From positions 68,183 to 132,182 of the IMG/VR virus record IMGVR_UViG_3300044556_000077: 64,000 nucleotides of DNA. One strand, written 5' to 3'. A program made the position numbers and the translations under genes. The notes below the pieces were generated by a model that did no database searches, was not told where the DNA came from, and saw only the letters and a program-made list of their open reading frames with translations. Position 1 is the first letter of the stretch; each line of letters begins with the position of its first letter. The stretch comes from a virus (taxonomy: Duplodnaviria > Caudoviricetes). This document shows positions 1 through 10,297 of this stretch, piece by piece.

Positions 1-2
1 CA

Positions 3-299
3 GGAGAAGAAGTCCTCTCTATTCCTAAACTGAAGCTTGCCGATGAAATGGTTTCTAAGTTAATCAATGCCAGTGTTGCCACACCTCATGTTGCAACAAA
101 TACAAATACAACAACACCTGTTGGTAATATAACATTCACTATTGAAGAAATGAATCTTCCGAATGTTAAGGATAGTAAGGACTTTGCCAATAATCTTATT
201 GGTGTCCTCAAAGATGATACTAGGATTCAAAAGGCTATCCGTTCTGTATCTATTGATATGGTTGGCGGTGGAAATACCTTCGGTGTAAGGCGTTTCTAG
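3..299 (+). CDS. C-terminal end of probable tail tape-measure protein (5' partial)
   Basis: Frame is open from base 3 (GEEVLSIPK...); lies upstream of Dit/Tal; NITFTI-type C-terminus. Confidence 0.6.
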   Translation, partial: GEEVLSIPKLKLADEMVSKLINASVATPHVATNTNTTTPVGNITFTIEEMNLPNVKDSKDFANNLIGVLKDDTRIQKAIRSVSIDMVGGGNTFGVRRF

Positions 300-308
300 T
301 TTTATTAA

Positions 309-342
309 TGGAGAGAGATATATAGAGATATATGTCTCTCCC
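309..342 (+). terminator. Stem-loop after the tape-measure gene
   Basis: Inverted repeat ggagaga(gatata)...(tatatg)tctctcc; weak U-tract. Confidence 0.35.
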
Positions 343-370
343 CTACCCTTATTGACGAAAGGAGTGAGTT

Positions 371-892
371 ATGCATGGAGTGGGAATGCCACCGGATCAT
401 CTGGCAAGAGCGTTAAGAGATATCTCTCTTTACGATTTCTTAGCAGCTATGGTCTTTATTATTGGAGTTGTAGCCTATGTAAGTTCTAAGCTTCATAAGC
501 TGTTGGAAAGTTACAGGAAAGCAATAAATGAATTTGAGGAACACAACGCAGAAATCAAGAAACACTCTAAAGCTATTTCTAAATTAAAAATGGAAGATGA
601 CACAATTCACAGTGACATATCTAAACTTAGTGGAAATGTTGAAGTTCTTAGACAGATGCTTATAGGAATGCAAAAGAAAAATGATGATTGTGAACGAGCG
701 AGGTTGAAGAACGAGATTAGTAAAGCCTACCAACGATTTCATAAAGTAAGAAAATGGTCTTCAATGGAAAAAGAAGCTATGGAAGACTTAATCGAACAAT
801 ACGAAGCGTGTGGCGGTATGAATAGTTTTGTTCATAAAAAAGTTCAGGTTGAAATGTACACTTGGGAAGTTACAGATGATATTGTTGAATAA
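371..892 (+). CDS. Holin-like membrane protein (one N-terminal TM helix, coiled coil)
   Basis: RBS AAGGAG; hydrophobic FLAAMVFIIGVVAYV; C-terminal YEACGGMN motif like other phage putative holins. Confidence 0.5.
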   Translation: MHGVGMPPDHLARALRDISLYDFLAAMVFIIGVVAYVSSKLHKLLESYRKAINEFEEHNAEIKKHSKAISKLKMEDDTIHSDISKLSGNVEVLRQMLIGMQKKNDDCERARLKNEISKAYQRFHKVRKWSSMEKEAMEDLIEQYEACGGMNSFVHKKVQVEMYTWEVTDDIVE

Positions 893-930
893 TTTATATT
901 CTGCAATGAATTTTATAAAGGAGCAAGAGG

Positions 931-1395
931 ATGGACTTTAATTCTATATTCAATAGAGAGAAAGAAATTCAAGCAAATAGAAATAAAGGCTCAGAAAAAT
1001 ATTTAAGCGAAGATAAATCTTCACAGGTAAAAGAACCTGTTGAAAATATTAATTTGGTTGATTCTCAATATAATGAGCCAGAAACTAAATCACTAGAGCA
1101 GAAGCTTGTTGACAGCTTGGTTGCAGAGCGTGATGAGATTAAAAGTAAGTATACTAAGTTAGTTGAGTCTCTGGATTTACATACAGAGGCACAAGACGAA
1201 CTGAATGACAAGTGCTTTGAAATTTTAGAAGCATGGAGAGAATGTCAAAAGATATATGATGAGGGACTTCAATCTATTGTTGAGGTACGAACCAAATACC
1301 AATCTCTTTGCGATGAGATGGAAGAATTAAAAAAAGAATACAAGAAGAAAATGGATAAATTATTGAAGGACGCAAAACATGAATTGCGTCATTAA
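931..1395 (+). CDS. Hypothetical coiled-coil protein
   Basis: RBS AAGGAG/AGAGG; charged heptad pattern. Confidence 0.7.
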   Translation: MDFNSIFNREKEIQANRNKGSEKYLSEDKSSQVKEPVENINLVDSQYNEPETKSLEQKLVDSLVAERDEIKSKYTKLVESLDLHTEAQDELNDKCFEILEAWRECQKIYDEGLQSIVEVRTKYQSLCDEMEELKKEYKKKMDKLLKDAKHELRH

Positions 1396-1486
1396 TTTAT
1401 TTTGAAGCTTATTTTTATATACAAGGATTTTATAGAATACAAGGATTATAAGGAACACTTAATTATTTTGAAGAAAGGGGCGTTAT

Positions 1487-2371
1487 ATGCAAGTCAAAGA
1501 CATAATTTATGACGGTCAGAAATTCTCTGATTATGGTCTGTTAAATGTTTATGTGTCCTTATCAGAGGAGCTTACCCCTGATATTGGTAATAAGTTAGAA
1601 CTCACTAAAGTTAAAGCTGCCGATGCGGATGTTTACCATATTGTAAATGCGCAGTATCAGGATGTAGTTCAGTTTCAGATTGAAGCTACCAGAATCAACT
1701 GCGAATACATTAATAATTATGAAATGACTGGTAAAGAAATTAATGATTTCCTCTTCTGGCTTAACAGAAAAGAACCACATAAGTTTCAGGTTATTTACGA
1801 CAAAGATGGATTCGATGATATTTACTATATGGGCACATTCACTGAATTCAAGCCTATTAAGGTAGGAGCTGCATTAGTTGGTTTTAACTGTACTTTTACT
1901 GCCAATGCCCCTTTCGCTTTCCACGAACCTGTTACCTTCACAAATTATAAAATTAAGGTGGATAATACAGGGAAAATTGTTAAAGATGCGAACGGTAATA
2001 TTGAGCATGATAGAAGCAAGGAATTCCGTTATAACAGCATTTCTACTGAAGAAGGTTTTATCTATTGTGATTGCACAGTAAAACTGTTTGAAGACGGAGA
2101 TTTCACTTTAACAAATGAATATGATTTAAATCCAGTTGTAGTGAAGAACTGCAAGTCTGGTGAAATACTTACCTTCAAGGGATCTAACAATGTAAAGAAT
2201 TTAACCTCTTCCCTTGGAGATGCACATAAAAAATTATTTAATGATTTTAATTTCAGATTCCCTAGAGTTATGAATGTATTTGGGAATCCACATAACCAAT
2301 TCAAGTCTAGTTTGGATGCCGAGATCACAATGACATATATCCCAATCGCAAAGGTAGGTGAGATATTCTAA
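1487..2371 (+). CDS. Distal tail protein (Dit-like)
   Basis: YDGQKFSDYGL N-terminus, FTANAPFAF motif; position between tape measure and Tal. Confidence 0.75.
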   Translation: MQVKDIIYDGQKFSDYGLLNVYVSLSEELTPDIGNKLELTKVKAADADVYHIVNAQYQDVVQFQIEATRINCEYINNYEMTGKEINDFLFWLNRKEPHKFQVIYDKDGFDDIYYMGTFTEFKPIKVGAALVGFNCTFTANAPFAFHEPVTFTNYKIKVDNTGKIVKDANGNIEHDRSKEFRYNSISTEEGFIYCDCTVKLFEDGDFTLTNEYDLNPVVVKNCKSGEILTFKGSNNVKNLTSSLGDAHKKLFNDFNFRFPRVMNVFGNPHNQFKSSLDAEITMTYIPIAKVGEIF

Positions 2372-5300
2372 TGAATTTACTTTCAAAATATTCAGGAGAA
2401 GTTACTCCTTACACAGTTATTCTGTGCAACAGAAACCATATTAACCTTGGTCTTATTCAGAATCCATCAGAGCTTACAGTAAAGATTAATATGAATGCAG
2501 CCGATGAGATTACATTCACACTTTATGAAGAGAGCGAACCTTTGTGGGATAAGATTGAAGACTTTAAATATGTATTGATTCCAGAAATTGATTATCTGAA
2601 TCCTAACGGAGAGTACTTTGAGATTGCTGTTTCCTATTCTGTAGAGGATGGTGGCAAGAAAACTATTACAGGTGTATCTGCAGGAGAATGTGAATTAGGA
2701 CAGATTAATCTTTATGGTGTAGAAATTAATACTGAGACAGATATTGACCGGGCAGATTATAAGGTAGCTAAGTTCTGGGATGAGAAGACAGAGAATCAGC
2801 CTAATACGCTGCTTTACAGAGTATTAAAGGAAGTTCCGAATTGGTCAGTTGGTCATGTAGATGCTTCTATTGCACAGCTTCAGAGAACATTCTCTATTGA
2901 TGGAATATCCATTTATGACTTTCTGACTCAGCAAGCTGCACAAGAGTTTAACTGCTTATTTCAGTTTGATTCGTATGATCGTGTAATCAATGTTTACGAT
3001 CTTTATACAGTATGTACTCATAAGAATAGTGATGGCACATCTTGTGGAGAACGTGGAGACTTCTATCAGGTATGTCCTAAGTGCGGAACTGATGATGAAC
3101 TTCACTATTACGGTAAAGATACTACAGTTTATGTTGACTCTGAAAATCTGTCAGACAATGCAGGATTAGAAATCGATAAAGACAGCGTTAAAAACTGTTT
3201 TCATCTGGTAGCTGGTGACGATAATATGACAGCTGCGGTATTAAACTGCTCCCCTTCTAATTCTAGCTACATCTATTATTTCTCTGATGAGCAGAAGGAA
3301 GATATGTCTAAAGAGCTTAGAGATGCTTTAGATAAGTATGAGAGTGATTTGAAAGCTGTACAGCCTACTTATGCTGATATGATGGAAAAGTATTATGATG
3401 CAATCGATAAGGAAAGCTATTATGAGAACACCATGATGCCTACCCTCACCCCTGATTTGCCTACTACGACAGATGAGTATGAGAAGAGTAAGTTATATGC
3501 TGATAAGCTGACAAATTATAATCTTTCTCCTATTGCTCTTGACTACATTTCTCCTGATACATCTCAAGCTACTGTAGAAAACTCTATTGAAGAGTATGCT
3601 AAAGTCTATGTACCTACTGCATATTATGAAGTTGAAGTAGCCAGAATTGCTGATTGGAATCATGTTAAAAATGTTAGTCTGCCTACCTACATGGTAGATC
3701 CAACTTATTCATATGATGAAGCAAGTAATACAGGAACTTGGACTGGTGTACTTGTTGTTAAGAATTATAATGACGAAACCAAGCCAGCGTTCTCTCAGGT
3801 ACTTACAATCAGTTTTAGTTCTGCTAATCAGGAGCAGTTTATCAGACAGAAGATCGAAAAGATGCTCACTGCATATGACTATTATCAGAGAGATGATTAT
3901 AGAGCAAATAAAGATGATCGTTATATGTTCAACGTTCTGAAGCTTACTGATATTAATAAGTATAAAGAATCAATCAAGCTGTATTGTATGACACTCCTGA
4001 AAGACTTCCGCACTTCTATCGAAGGATGTCTTGATATGCTTTCCGAATTCAGTATTGGTGATGGATCTGATGAAACAGACCAGCAGCCAGAGTTCCAAAA
4101 GCTTTATAATACATATTATCAGATGCGTGAAGCTACTGAAGCTGAAATGAATGAACGTCAGAAACAGATTGATGAGCAAAACGCACTGATTAATAAATAC
4201 CAAGCTGAAAACAAAGAGTATATTGAAAAGTATGATCTGAAAAAATATCTTACTGGTGATCTGTATAACGAGTTCTGTGCTTTCAGAAGAGAGGACGAAT
4301 ATAACAATACAAACTATATCTCCGACTCTTTGGATACGGCTAAAGAATTATTTAAGAGAGCTAATGAGTTCTATAAAGAAGCCACAAAAGAACTTAAAAA
4401 AGCATCCAACTATAAGTACAACATTACAACTGACTTAGCTAATCTGCTTGCCATTAAAGAGTTTGAACCACTTGCTACAGGCTTCGATCTTGGTGATTGG
4501 ATTAGGATCAGAGTAGATAAAGATATCTTCAGATTGCGCTTTATCAGCTATACAGTTAACTTCTCACAGCTTGACAAGATTCAGGTTGAGTTCTCCGATG
4601 CTACTAAAGCTAGAATCGATGATCCTTATTATTCGATTAAGAACGTGTTAGACCAAGCCAGAAGTATGGCTACATCCTACTCTGCTGTTACCAGACAGGT
4701 TAAAAATAACAGTGATAAAACTACTGTAATTGACAACTGGGTAGAGAATGGTTTCGATGCAACTAAAACTAAGATTGTAGACAATGCTACGAATCAGGGA
4801 ATCACTATTGACCAGCATGGTGTGCTTGCTAGGCGTTGGAGCGATATTAATAAGAAGTTTGATAATAAGCAGCTTAAGCTTATTAACAATGGTATCTATA
4901 TTACAGACGATAATTGGAAGACTATTAAAACGGCTTTGGGTAATTACTATTATCAAGATCCCGTTACTGCAAAGCAGACAGAGACTTATGGTTTGATGGC
5001 AGATACGATTGTAGGTAAGTTTATTCTGGGAAACAAATTATCCGTACAAGCGTTAGGTAAAGATCCTATTACAGGAGATCAGAACTTCGTTACATTCAAT
5101 GTAGATTCTGATGGAGTACAGTTAAATAACAGCTCATTCTCACTTACAGCGGATAAAAAAAATGCTTTAGGACACAGAAATAAGATTGTGCTTGATCCTA
5201 AGTTTGGTCTGCTTATGGGGGATGACCGTATTCTGGATTACTCTAATGGTAAGTATACGATTAAATCTGATTATGTAAATGAAGATGGAACGCTGAAATA

Positions 5301-6696
5301 TAACGTATCAAGTGGTCAGATTCCAGATGGTGCAAGTACATACATTGATATTAATACTGGTAATGTAATCTTTAATGGAAGTCTTCACGCATATAATGGC
5401 TACTTTTCTGGCACTGTAGCTCAGAATAAGACTTCTGTGGATGACGATTCTCATGCAGGATTCTATTTTGATGGTACTGGACAAGCCAATATGGGCGGTA
5501 ATGCAAGCCATATTAAGATCAAGAATGACGGCACTGTAGATATTAATTCTGATAATGTGAAGTTTGGTAATGTATTCAGCGTTAATAATACCGGGGCTAA
5601 GATTGCAGGATTCCATTTAACTGATGGCACTATGTACACTGGAAATAAAAGTTCTATTGATAGTGAAGAAAGCGGAATATATATGGATAGTAATGGCAAT
5701 TTCGCTATTGGCAATGGAAGTAGGGGTATTACTATTAAAGATGGCGCAATGACGTTTAATGGAGATATTAGTGAAGATGATTTAACTGCAGGACTGGCTC
5801 AAAAGATTAACGAAGGTGCGAGTGCTAAAGAAATTGCTGAGGCTGCACAAATATCTGCTGCAAATGCACAATATTTTTATAACCAATGGGTTGAATCTGG
5901 TACTACATATATTGATGGAAGTAAAATTGCAGCAGGAACTATTACGGCTACACAATTAAGTGCGGTACAATTTAATACTTTAACAGATGGAATAACAAAG
6001 TTACAAATATCTGGTGGTAATGTTAATTTCTATTTTAGTTCAGATAATATATGTACCGGCTCAATTGGGTCGGCGGCAGAATTGTTGCATATTCAATCTA
6101 GTTATGGAGTGCTTATTCAAAGTGGTACACAAAGTATTTCAGTAGGACACAATGGAATTACAATGAATGGGGATTTTATTGCAACTCTTCCTATCAGTTC
6201 GTTAGATGTTACAAAACATTATGCAGGTTCTGGAAATATTATTTTTGGAAGTGATGACCAAGGTAAAAATGCAGCTGTAACTGGTTGGGTAGATGATCAT
6301 TATGTAAAAAAGTCAGATAGAAGAGTAAAAGATAATATAAAAACATTAGATGAAAATACTATAATAGATATCTATAATAAAATTAACCCAGTAAGTTTTA
6401 ATTATAAAAACATTAAAGATCCCGATACGTTTTATACTCAAGGTACTCAGTTCGGCTTTATTGCTCAAGAAATAGAAAGTATCATTAAACCAATATTTAA
6501 TGATAATAGTGTTGTTATTACTAAAACAGAATACCTAGGAGAAACAGAACGTAAACTTTGTCCAGACGGATTGAAAAAAATTAATTATGAAGAATTCCAT
6601 GCTTTTCATGTAGTTTATGGGCATTATCTTAACAAACGTATTAATCAATTAGAAGCTAAACTATCTGAATTGGAGAATAAAATAATTAAAGAATAA
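2371..6696 (+). CDS. Tail spike/Tal-like baseplate hub fused to tail fibre with C-terminal intramolecular chaperone (peptidase S74)
   Basis: Coupled to Dit; GxxIR-type Tal core (LGDWIRI); glycine-rich beta-fibre region; SDRRVKDNI...GFIAQE S74 signature and terminal coiled coil. Confidence 0.8.
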   Translation: MNLLSKYSGEVTPYTVILCNRNHINLGLIQNPSELTVKINMNAADEITFTLYEESEPLWDKIEDFKYVLIPEIDYLNPNGEYFEIAVSYSVEDGGKKTITGVSAGECELGQINLYGVEINTETDIDRADYKVAKFWDEKTENQPNTLLYRVLKEVPNWSVGHVDASIAQLQRTFSIDGISIYDFLTQQAAQEFNCLFQFDSYDRVINVYDLYTVCTHKNSDGTSCGERGDFYQVCPKCGTDDELHYYGKDTTVYVDSENLSDNAGLEIDKDSVKNCFHLVAGDDNMTAAVLNCSPSNSSYIYYFSDEQKEDMSKELRDALDKYESDLKAVQPTYADMMEKYYDAIDKESYYENTMMPTLTPDLPTTTDEYEKSKLYADKLTNYNLSPIALDYISPDTSQATVENSIEEYAKVYVPTAYYEVEVARIADWNHVKNVSLPTYMVDPTYSYDEASNTGTWTGVLVVKNYNDETKPAFSQVLTISFSSANQEQFIRQKIEKMLTAYDYYQRDDYRANKDDRYMFNVLKLTDINKYKESIKLYCMTLLKDFRTSIEGCLDMLSEFSIGDGSDETDQQPEFQKLYNTYYQMREATEAEMNERQKQIDEQNALINKYQAENKEYIEKYDLKKYLTGDLYNEFCAFRREDEYNNTNYISDSLDTAKELFKRANEFYKEATKELKKASNYKYNITTDLANLLAIKEFEPLATGFDLGDWIRIRVDKDIFRLRFISYTVNFSQLDKIQVEFSDATKARIDDPYYSIKNVLDQARSMATSYSAVTRQVKNNSDKTTVIDNWVENGFDATKTKIVDNATNQGITIDQHGVLARRWSDINKKFDNKQLKLINNGIYITDDNWKTIKTALGNYYYQDPVTAKQTETYGLMADTIVGKFILGNKLSVQALGKDPITGDQNFVTFNVDSDGVQLNNSSFSLTADKKNALGHRNKIVLDPKFGLLMGDDRILDYSNGKYTIKSDYVNEDGTLKYNVSSGQIPDGASTYIDINTGNVIFNGSLHAYNGYFSGTVAQNKTSVDDDSHAGFYFDGTGQANMGGNASHIKIKNDGTVDINSDNVKFGNVFSVNNTGAKIAGFHLTDGTMYTGNKSSIDSEESGIYMDSNGNFAIGNGSRGITIKDGAMTFNGDISEDDLTAGLAQKINEGASAKEIAEAAQISAANAQYFYNQWVESGTTYIDGSKIAAGTITATQLSAVQFNTLTDGITKLQISGGNVNFYFSSDNICTGSIGSAAELLHIQSSYGVLIQSGTQSISVGHNGITMNGDFIATLPISSLDVTKHYAGSGNIIFGSDDQGKNAAVTGWVDDHYVKKSDRRVKDNIKTLDENTIIDIYNKINPVSFNYKNIKDPDTFYTQGTQFGFIAQEIESIIKPIFNDNSVVITKTEYLGETERKLCPDGLKKINYEEFHAFHVVYGHYLNKRINQLEAKLSELENKIIKE

Positions 6697-6718
6697 TAGA
6701 TATATTTTGCGTAAAAGA

Positions 6719-6758
6719 AAAGAAGCCCTCGTAACAAACAATCACAAAGGCTTCTTCT
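6719..6758. terminator. Probable intrinsic terminator between convergent units
   Basis: agaagcc...ggcttct inverted repeat preceded by an A-rich run. Confidence 0.5.
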
Positions 6759-6955
6759 CCGCTTTATTAAATATTACCATACATGCATTAAATGATTTAT
6801 CTACTTCAACGTATAAATAAACAACATATATGACCATATCTAATAAAACTTAATATACATTTTTCACTCATATCCATTGATGTACCGAAAGGAAAAAGGT
6901 ACAAAAATGAAAGCAACTATAATATACTATAACTATTTAAAATTGTCAAGAGCAA

Positions 6956-7363
6956 TCAAACGATTGCTCTTTTTTTTACGCTTTTACGATTGAATGTTTT
7001 CATCATTCCCCAATAAGCCATTCCACCACAAAGATAAGCAATTACATCTTTCCAATCTCCGTAGCTGTCAGGTCTAAAGAATGGTGTTATATACTCCCAA
7101 AAGATTGCGCAAATGAAAATAAATAACATGCATACCCTAAACTTTTCTATCCTCTTTTTGATGAGCAATGAGTACACTGCCAGAAAAAAGATGCCACACA
7201 GAAAATCATTCAAATGGAATGCTACGAATCCACCCACCAGAGTTTTATAGTTAATAATCTGCCTTATATAGAACCGATTAAGCGAGTAAATAACAAGCAC
7301 TGTAAGAGAGATCAATGTATTAATTTTAATGTCTCTCGCAGTATATAATCCTTTATTTTTCAT
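6956..7363 (-). CDS. Multi-pass membrane protein (VanZ-like)
   Basis: Four hydrophobic segments, WEYITP...DWKDVIAY motif; ATG at 7363 with AGAGGA RBS. Confidence 0.6.
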   Translation of the reverse strand: MKNKGLYTARDIKINTLISLTVLVIYSLNRFYIRQIINYKTLVGGFVAFHLNDFLCGIFFLAVYSLLIKKRIEKFRVCMLFIFICAIFWEYITPFFRPDSYGDWKDVIAYLCGGMAYWGMMKTFNRKSVKKRAIV

Positions 7364-7381
7364 TTGAATATCCTCTAAGAG

Positions 7382-7410
7382 TTGCAATGTAATAAATAAA
7401 CATATATAAT
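7382..7410 (+). promoter_or_regulatory. Sigma-A-type promoter
   Basis: TTGCAA-17 bp-TATAAT. Confidence 0.7.
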
Positions 7411-7416
7411 AATTAT

Positions 7417-7511
7417 ATTCGTCAGGGGGAGTTGCCCGCAGGTCGTATGGCGGTCAACCCCAGAAATTTGGTGTTGAAGCCACTAACAAATTGCTAGTGG
7501 CTTCTTTTTTT
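7417..7511 (+). ncRNA. Putative ~95-nt small RNA
   Basis: Lies between a consensus promoter and an intrinsic terminator; GC-rich internal hairpin 7425-7461; no ORF. Confidence 0.55.
7476..7511 (+). terminator. Rho-independent terminator
   Basis: gaagccacta/tagtggcttc stem followed by T7. Confidence 0.75.
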
Positions 7512-7520
7512 CTTTTAAGC

Positions 7521-7733
7521 CTATCCTTCTATTCCAAGAATAACCATACAAACAATAAACGCTACAACAGCCCAGACAAAATCACTGTGCTTCTGTTGAT
7601 ATGGAGTTTTGTGTCCACATTTAGGACACTTGTTTGCTGTTATTGGATAAAGCTGACCGCAGCATTCACATTTAATCTTATCTACATCACTATGGTCATC
7701 TTCAATTACATGTCCGTGTTCATCATAAATCAT
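7521..7733 (-). CDS. Small zinc-ribbon membrane protein
   Basis: CECCG...CPKCG plus C-terminal TM helix; RBS GAAAGGA. Confidence 0.7.
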   Translation of the reverse strand: MIYDEHGHVIEDDHSDVDKIKCECCGQLYPITANKCPKCGHKTPYQQKHSDFVWAVVAFIVCMVILGIEG

Positions 7734-7815
7734 AATAATCCTTTCTTTCTAATTTACATGAATTATAATTCTTTTTAGTAAAACATCTGCATTGAAATTA
7801 TATCATACAAAATAT

Positions 7816-9042
7816 TTAAATTGTTAAATAGTCTGGATAAGGCTTAAACTTTCTAACTCCTTTCTCGTACTTAAAAGCCTCTGCTATATGCACGTATGTG
7901 TTAGCTGTAACTTGTATACCTGAGTGACCGAGTAAATATGAGATCGTTTTAATGTCTACTCCCTGTGCGAACAATGCAGTTGCGTATGTGTGTCTTAATA
8001 TATGTATTCCATGCTTATCTTTAGGCAGCTTGGCAGCTTGCATCAATTTATCACATGCTCTGCGCACGTTATATGTCCATAGGAGTGTGTTATTTTGACT
8101 TTTGAAAATCAGGTCGGTATCAGAATTATCTTCTCTTAAATGCTTCTCTATGACGTTTGAGACATTATCATTTACAGGGATAATCCTGTAACTGCTTTTC
8201 GTCTTAGGCATCTCTTGTATCTGCATATGTTGTACTCCGATCTTCTGCTTTCTCACATCTACCCGTGATACAGGTAGAGCATTTCTTCTGATATATAGCA
8301 TCTGAGTTTGAGGGTTGTAATCTCTTTTCTCTAGTGCTATTCCTTCGCCTACACGCAAGCCTGTGTTGAGCAGTACATAAAGCAGATCCGCATATGTAGA
8401 TCCATTTCTTTGACAGGCGTTGCAGAATTTCACAACTTCTTTATCAGTGAGCCAGTTAACTTCTTTCTGTGCTTCTGTAGGCAGATGGATATAATCTATT
8501 ATGTTTGGTCTGTAGTAGAGTTTGTTTTTTATTAGGTAATACTGATAGAAACTCTTTAGTGCTGATTTCACTTTCTTCATCGAAGAATATGACAGTCCTT
8601 GTTTTCGCATTTCATTAATCAGCTCATTGTCAATAATCTCTACTGTTAGCTCTGAGACAGCCAAATTTCCGATATGAGGTACGATTTGATTGTGTATGGT
8701 ATGATAGAGCCTTTTAAAACTTTCAGGCTTTAAATCGTGCTTTTTAATGGTTTCTAACCATTTGTACATCTCATCGGCTAAAGTTGCTTTCGTTGCCACA
8801 ACAGCCTTACTCTCCGGGAAGTCAGATGGAGTTACTTTATTAGCTTCTATTACTTTGTCTTTGAATAAGTTTAATTTCTCTTCTACAGATGCTTTATCCT
8901 TACCAGAGAACTGTTTACGTACTCTTCTACCGTTGCGAGTAATCATGATAGAAGCATGCCATTTACCATCGTTCCCCAGATAAATAGATCCTTGATGGTT
9001 GGTGTTTTTTTGATGTTTTTTTGCTTGTTGTTTAGTCTTCAT
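7816..9042 (-). CDS. int: Tyrosine integrase
   Basis: N-terminal arm-binding GSIY...W domain; catalytic R (GLRVGE), K (PKT), HILRH, LGH, TY; next to tRNA/attP. Confidence 0.95.
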   Translation of the reverse strand: MKTKQQAKKHQKNTNHQGSIYLGNDGKWHASIMITRNGRRVRKQFSGKDKASVEEKLNLFKDKVIEANKVTPSDFPESKAVVATKATLADEMYKWLETIKKHDLKPESFKRLYHTIHNQIVPHIGNLAVSELTVEIIDNELINEMRKQGLSYSSMKKVKSALKSFYQYYLIKNKLYYRPNIIDYIHLPTEAQKEVNWLTDKEVVKFCNACQRNGSTYADLLYVLLNTGLRVGEGIALEKRDYNPQTQMLYIRRNALPVSRVDVRKQKIGVQHMQIQEMPKTKSSYRIIPVNDNVSNVIEKHLREDNSDTDLIFKSQNNTLLWTYNVRRACDKLMQAAKLPKDKHGIHILRHTYATALFAQGVDIKTISYLLGHSGIQVTANTYVHIAEAFKYEKGVRKFKPYPDYLTI

Positions 9043-9084
9043 TACTTATTCCCCCTGTCAGATAATTGATTGCACGAAATTGAT

Positions 9085-9251
9085 AGAAGTAAATAAGAAG
9101 TAAATAAGAAGTAAATTAAACACATCTAATTTACTTCTCAGAAGAAGGATAATTACCTATTTTTTCCTCTCCAGAATCAATTGTACAAAACTAGTAGAAG
9201 TAAATAAGAAGTAAATTAGCGTTTATGGGAAGAAGTAAATAAGAAGTAAAC
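9085..9251. repeat. Integrase arm-type repeats, left arm (AGAAGTAAAT)
   Basis: Copies at 9085, 9096, 9107, 9196, 9207, 9231, 9242 (last ends in C); inverted copy at 9129. Confidence 0.8.
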
Positions 9252-9291
9252 TTGCGATGAATAATACTGCATAAATAAGATTTCTAACATG

Positions 9292-9348
9292 AAAAAAGCG
9301 TGTGCTTTCAACACTCACAATCTCTGAAAGTATTGAAAACACACGCTT
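9292..9348 (-). terminator. Terminator downstream of tRNA-Phe
   Basis: aagcgtgtg.tttcaa / ttgaaa.cacacgctt stem with T6 on the minus strand. Confidence 0.65.
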
Positions 9349-9357
9349 GGATTAAAA

Positions 9358-9430
<73 letters not shown>

Positions 9431-9493
9431 ATTATGTGTGTTTCCAATACCTGTAGATGCGAGAATCTATATTCATGCAGGAAATCTTATAAA

Positions 9494-9558
9494 TGAAGTA
9501 AATTCAGAAGTAAATTAATTTACTTCTCTATCATCTCTTCCAAAACTTATTTACTTCT
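9494..9558. repeat. Integrase arm-type repeats, right arm
   Basis: TGAAGTAAAT 9494, AGAAGTAAAT 9506, inverted ATTTACTTCT 9518 and 9549. Confidence 0.8.
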
Positions 9559-9640
9559 TTTTCACTCTTCTCTCTAATCATATTTACCATACAATTAGTC
9601 TTTCTTCTAATTACCTCAGAGGTCTTTATCCCCTAGTCAC

Positions 9641-9669
9641 TTTATACTACAGGTTCAGGAATAAGTCAA
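9641..9669 (-). promoter_or_regulatory. Sigma-A-type promoter pointing at tRNA/int
   Basis: TTGACT-17-TATAAA on the minus strand. Confidence 0.5.
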
Positions 9670-9733
9670 TGCTCTCAGCTCAATTAATATGTCTAAAACA
9701 CGAATTTATTTTACGCCTAACAAAACTAAAGAT

Positions 9734-10111
9734 TTAGGCGTGTTTCTTTCTCTTAGGCGTATTACTACTACGTCTGTTCTTTCCTTTTGTTCTTACTCTT
9801 CCATTCAGATTAGATGTCCTGCCATTAATAACAGACTGAATAATGAAGTATGCTCTGTTCTCTCCCGCCAGTCTATGCTCTTCATTAATGTTTACACATT
9901 TTCTAATCTTATTATCGTTCTCAATTCTCTTAGCCTGACAGATTTCATTTATCCTTCTCAATCTACGTTCACAATAGTATCTGTCTTTAAACTTCACATG
10001 GATGCAGTAATTAAACATCATAACACTGCCATATGCGACTCCAAGAAAAAACATAACAGCTAACCACAAACCAAACATTTTATTCTCCCTATTCATTATC
10101 TTCATTATCAT
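9734..10111 (-). CDS. Hypothetical membrane-anchored basic protein
   Basis: N-terminal TM helix; in the minus-strand gene run. Confidence 0.55.
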   Translation of the reverse strand: MIMKIMNRENKMFGLWLAVMFFLGVAYGSVMMFNYCIHVKFKDRYYCERRLRRINEICQAKRIENDNKIRKCVNINEEHRLAGENRAYFIIQSVINGRTSNLNGRVRTKGKNRRSSNTPKRKKHA

Positions 10112-10283
10112 TTAAATTTTCATCTGTGTCATGGAATTCATATAAATACCCAAATTCAGAAGCGGATTCATACATTTCATCCTTTACCTGTTCTACTGGT
10201 TTATCTTCATTTATTTTAATCCAGCTCTCATCTAAGAAGTAAATCCTGCGGAGCTGCATAGCCACAACCCCACAGGTTCTCAT
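10089..10283 (-). CDS. Hypothetical protein; truncated paralogue of 11430-11780
   Basis: SWIKINEDKPVEQVKDE vs SWIKIDSNKPVEQVKNE. Confidence 0.5.
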   Translation of the reverse strand: MRTCGVVAMQLRRIYFLDESWIKINEDKPVEQVKDEMYESASEFGYLYEFHDTDENLNDNEDNE

Positions 10284-10297
10284 TGTAATCTATATTC

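Noticed and set aside
9085-9251. AGAAGTAAAT repeats as replication iterons
   Set aside because: Their arrangement in both orientations on both sides of a tRNA next to an integrase fits arm-type att sites better.
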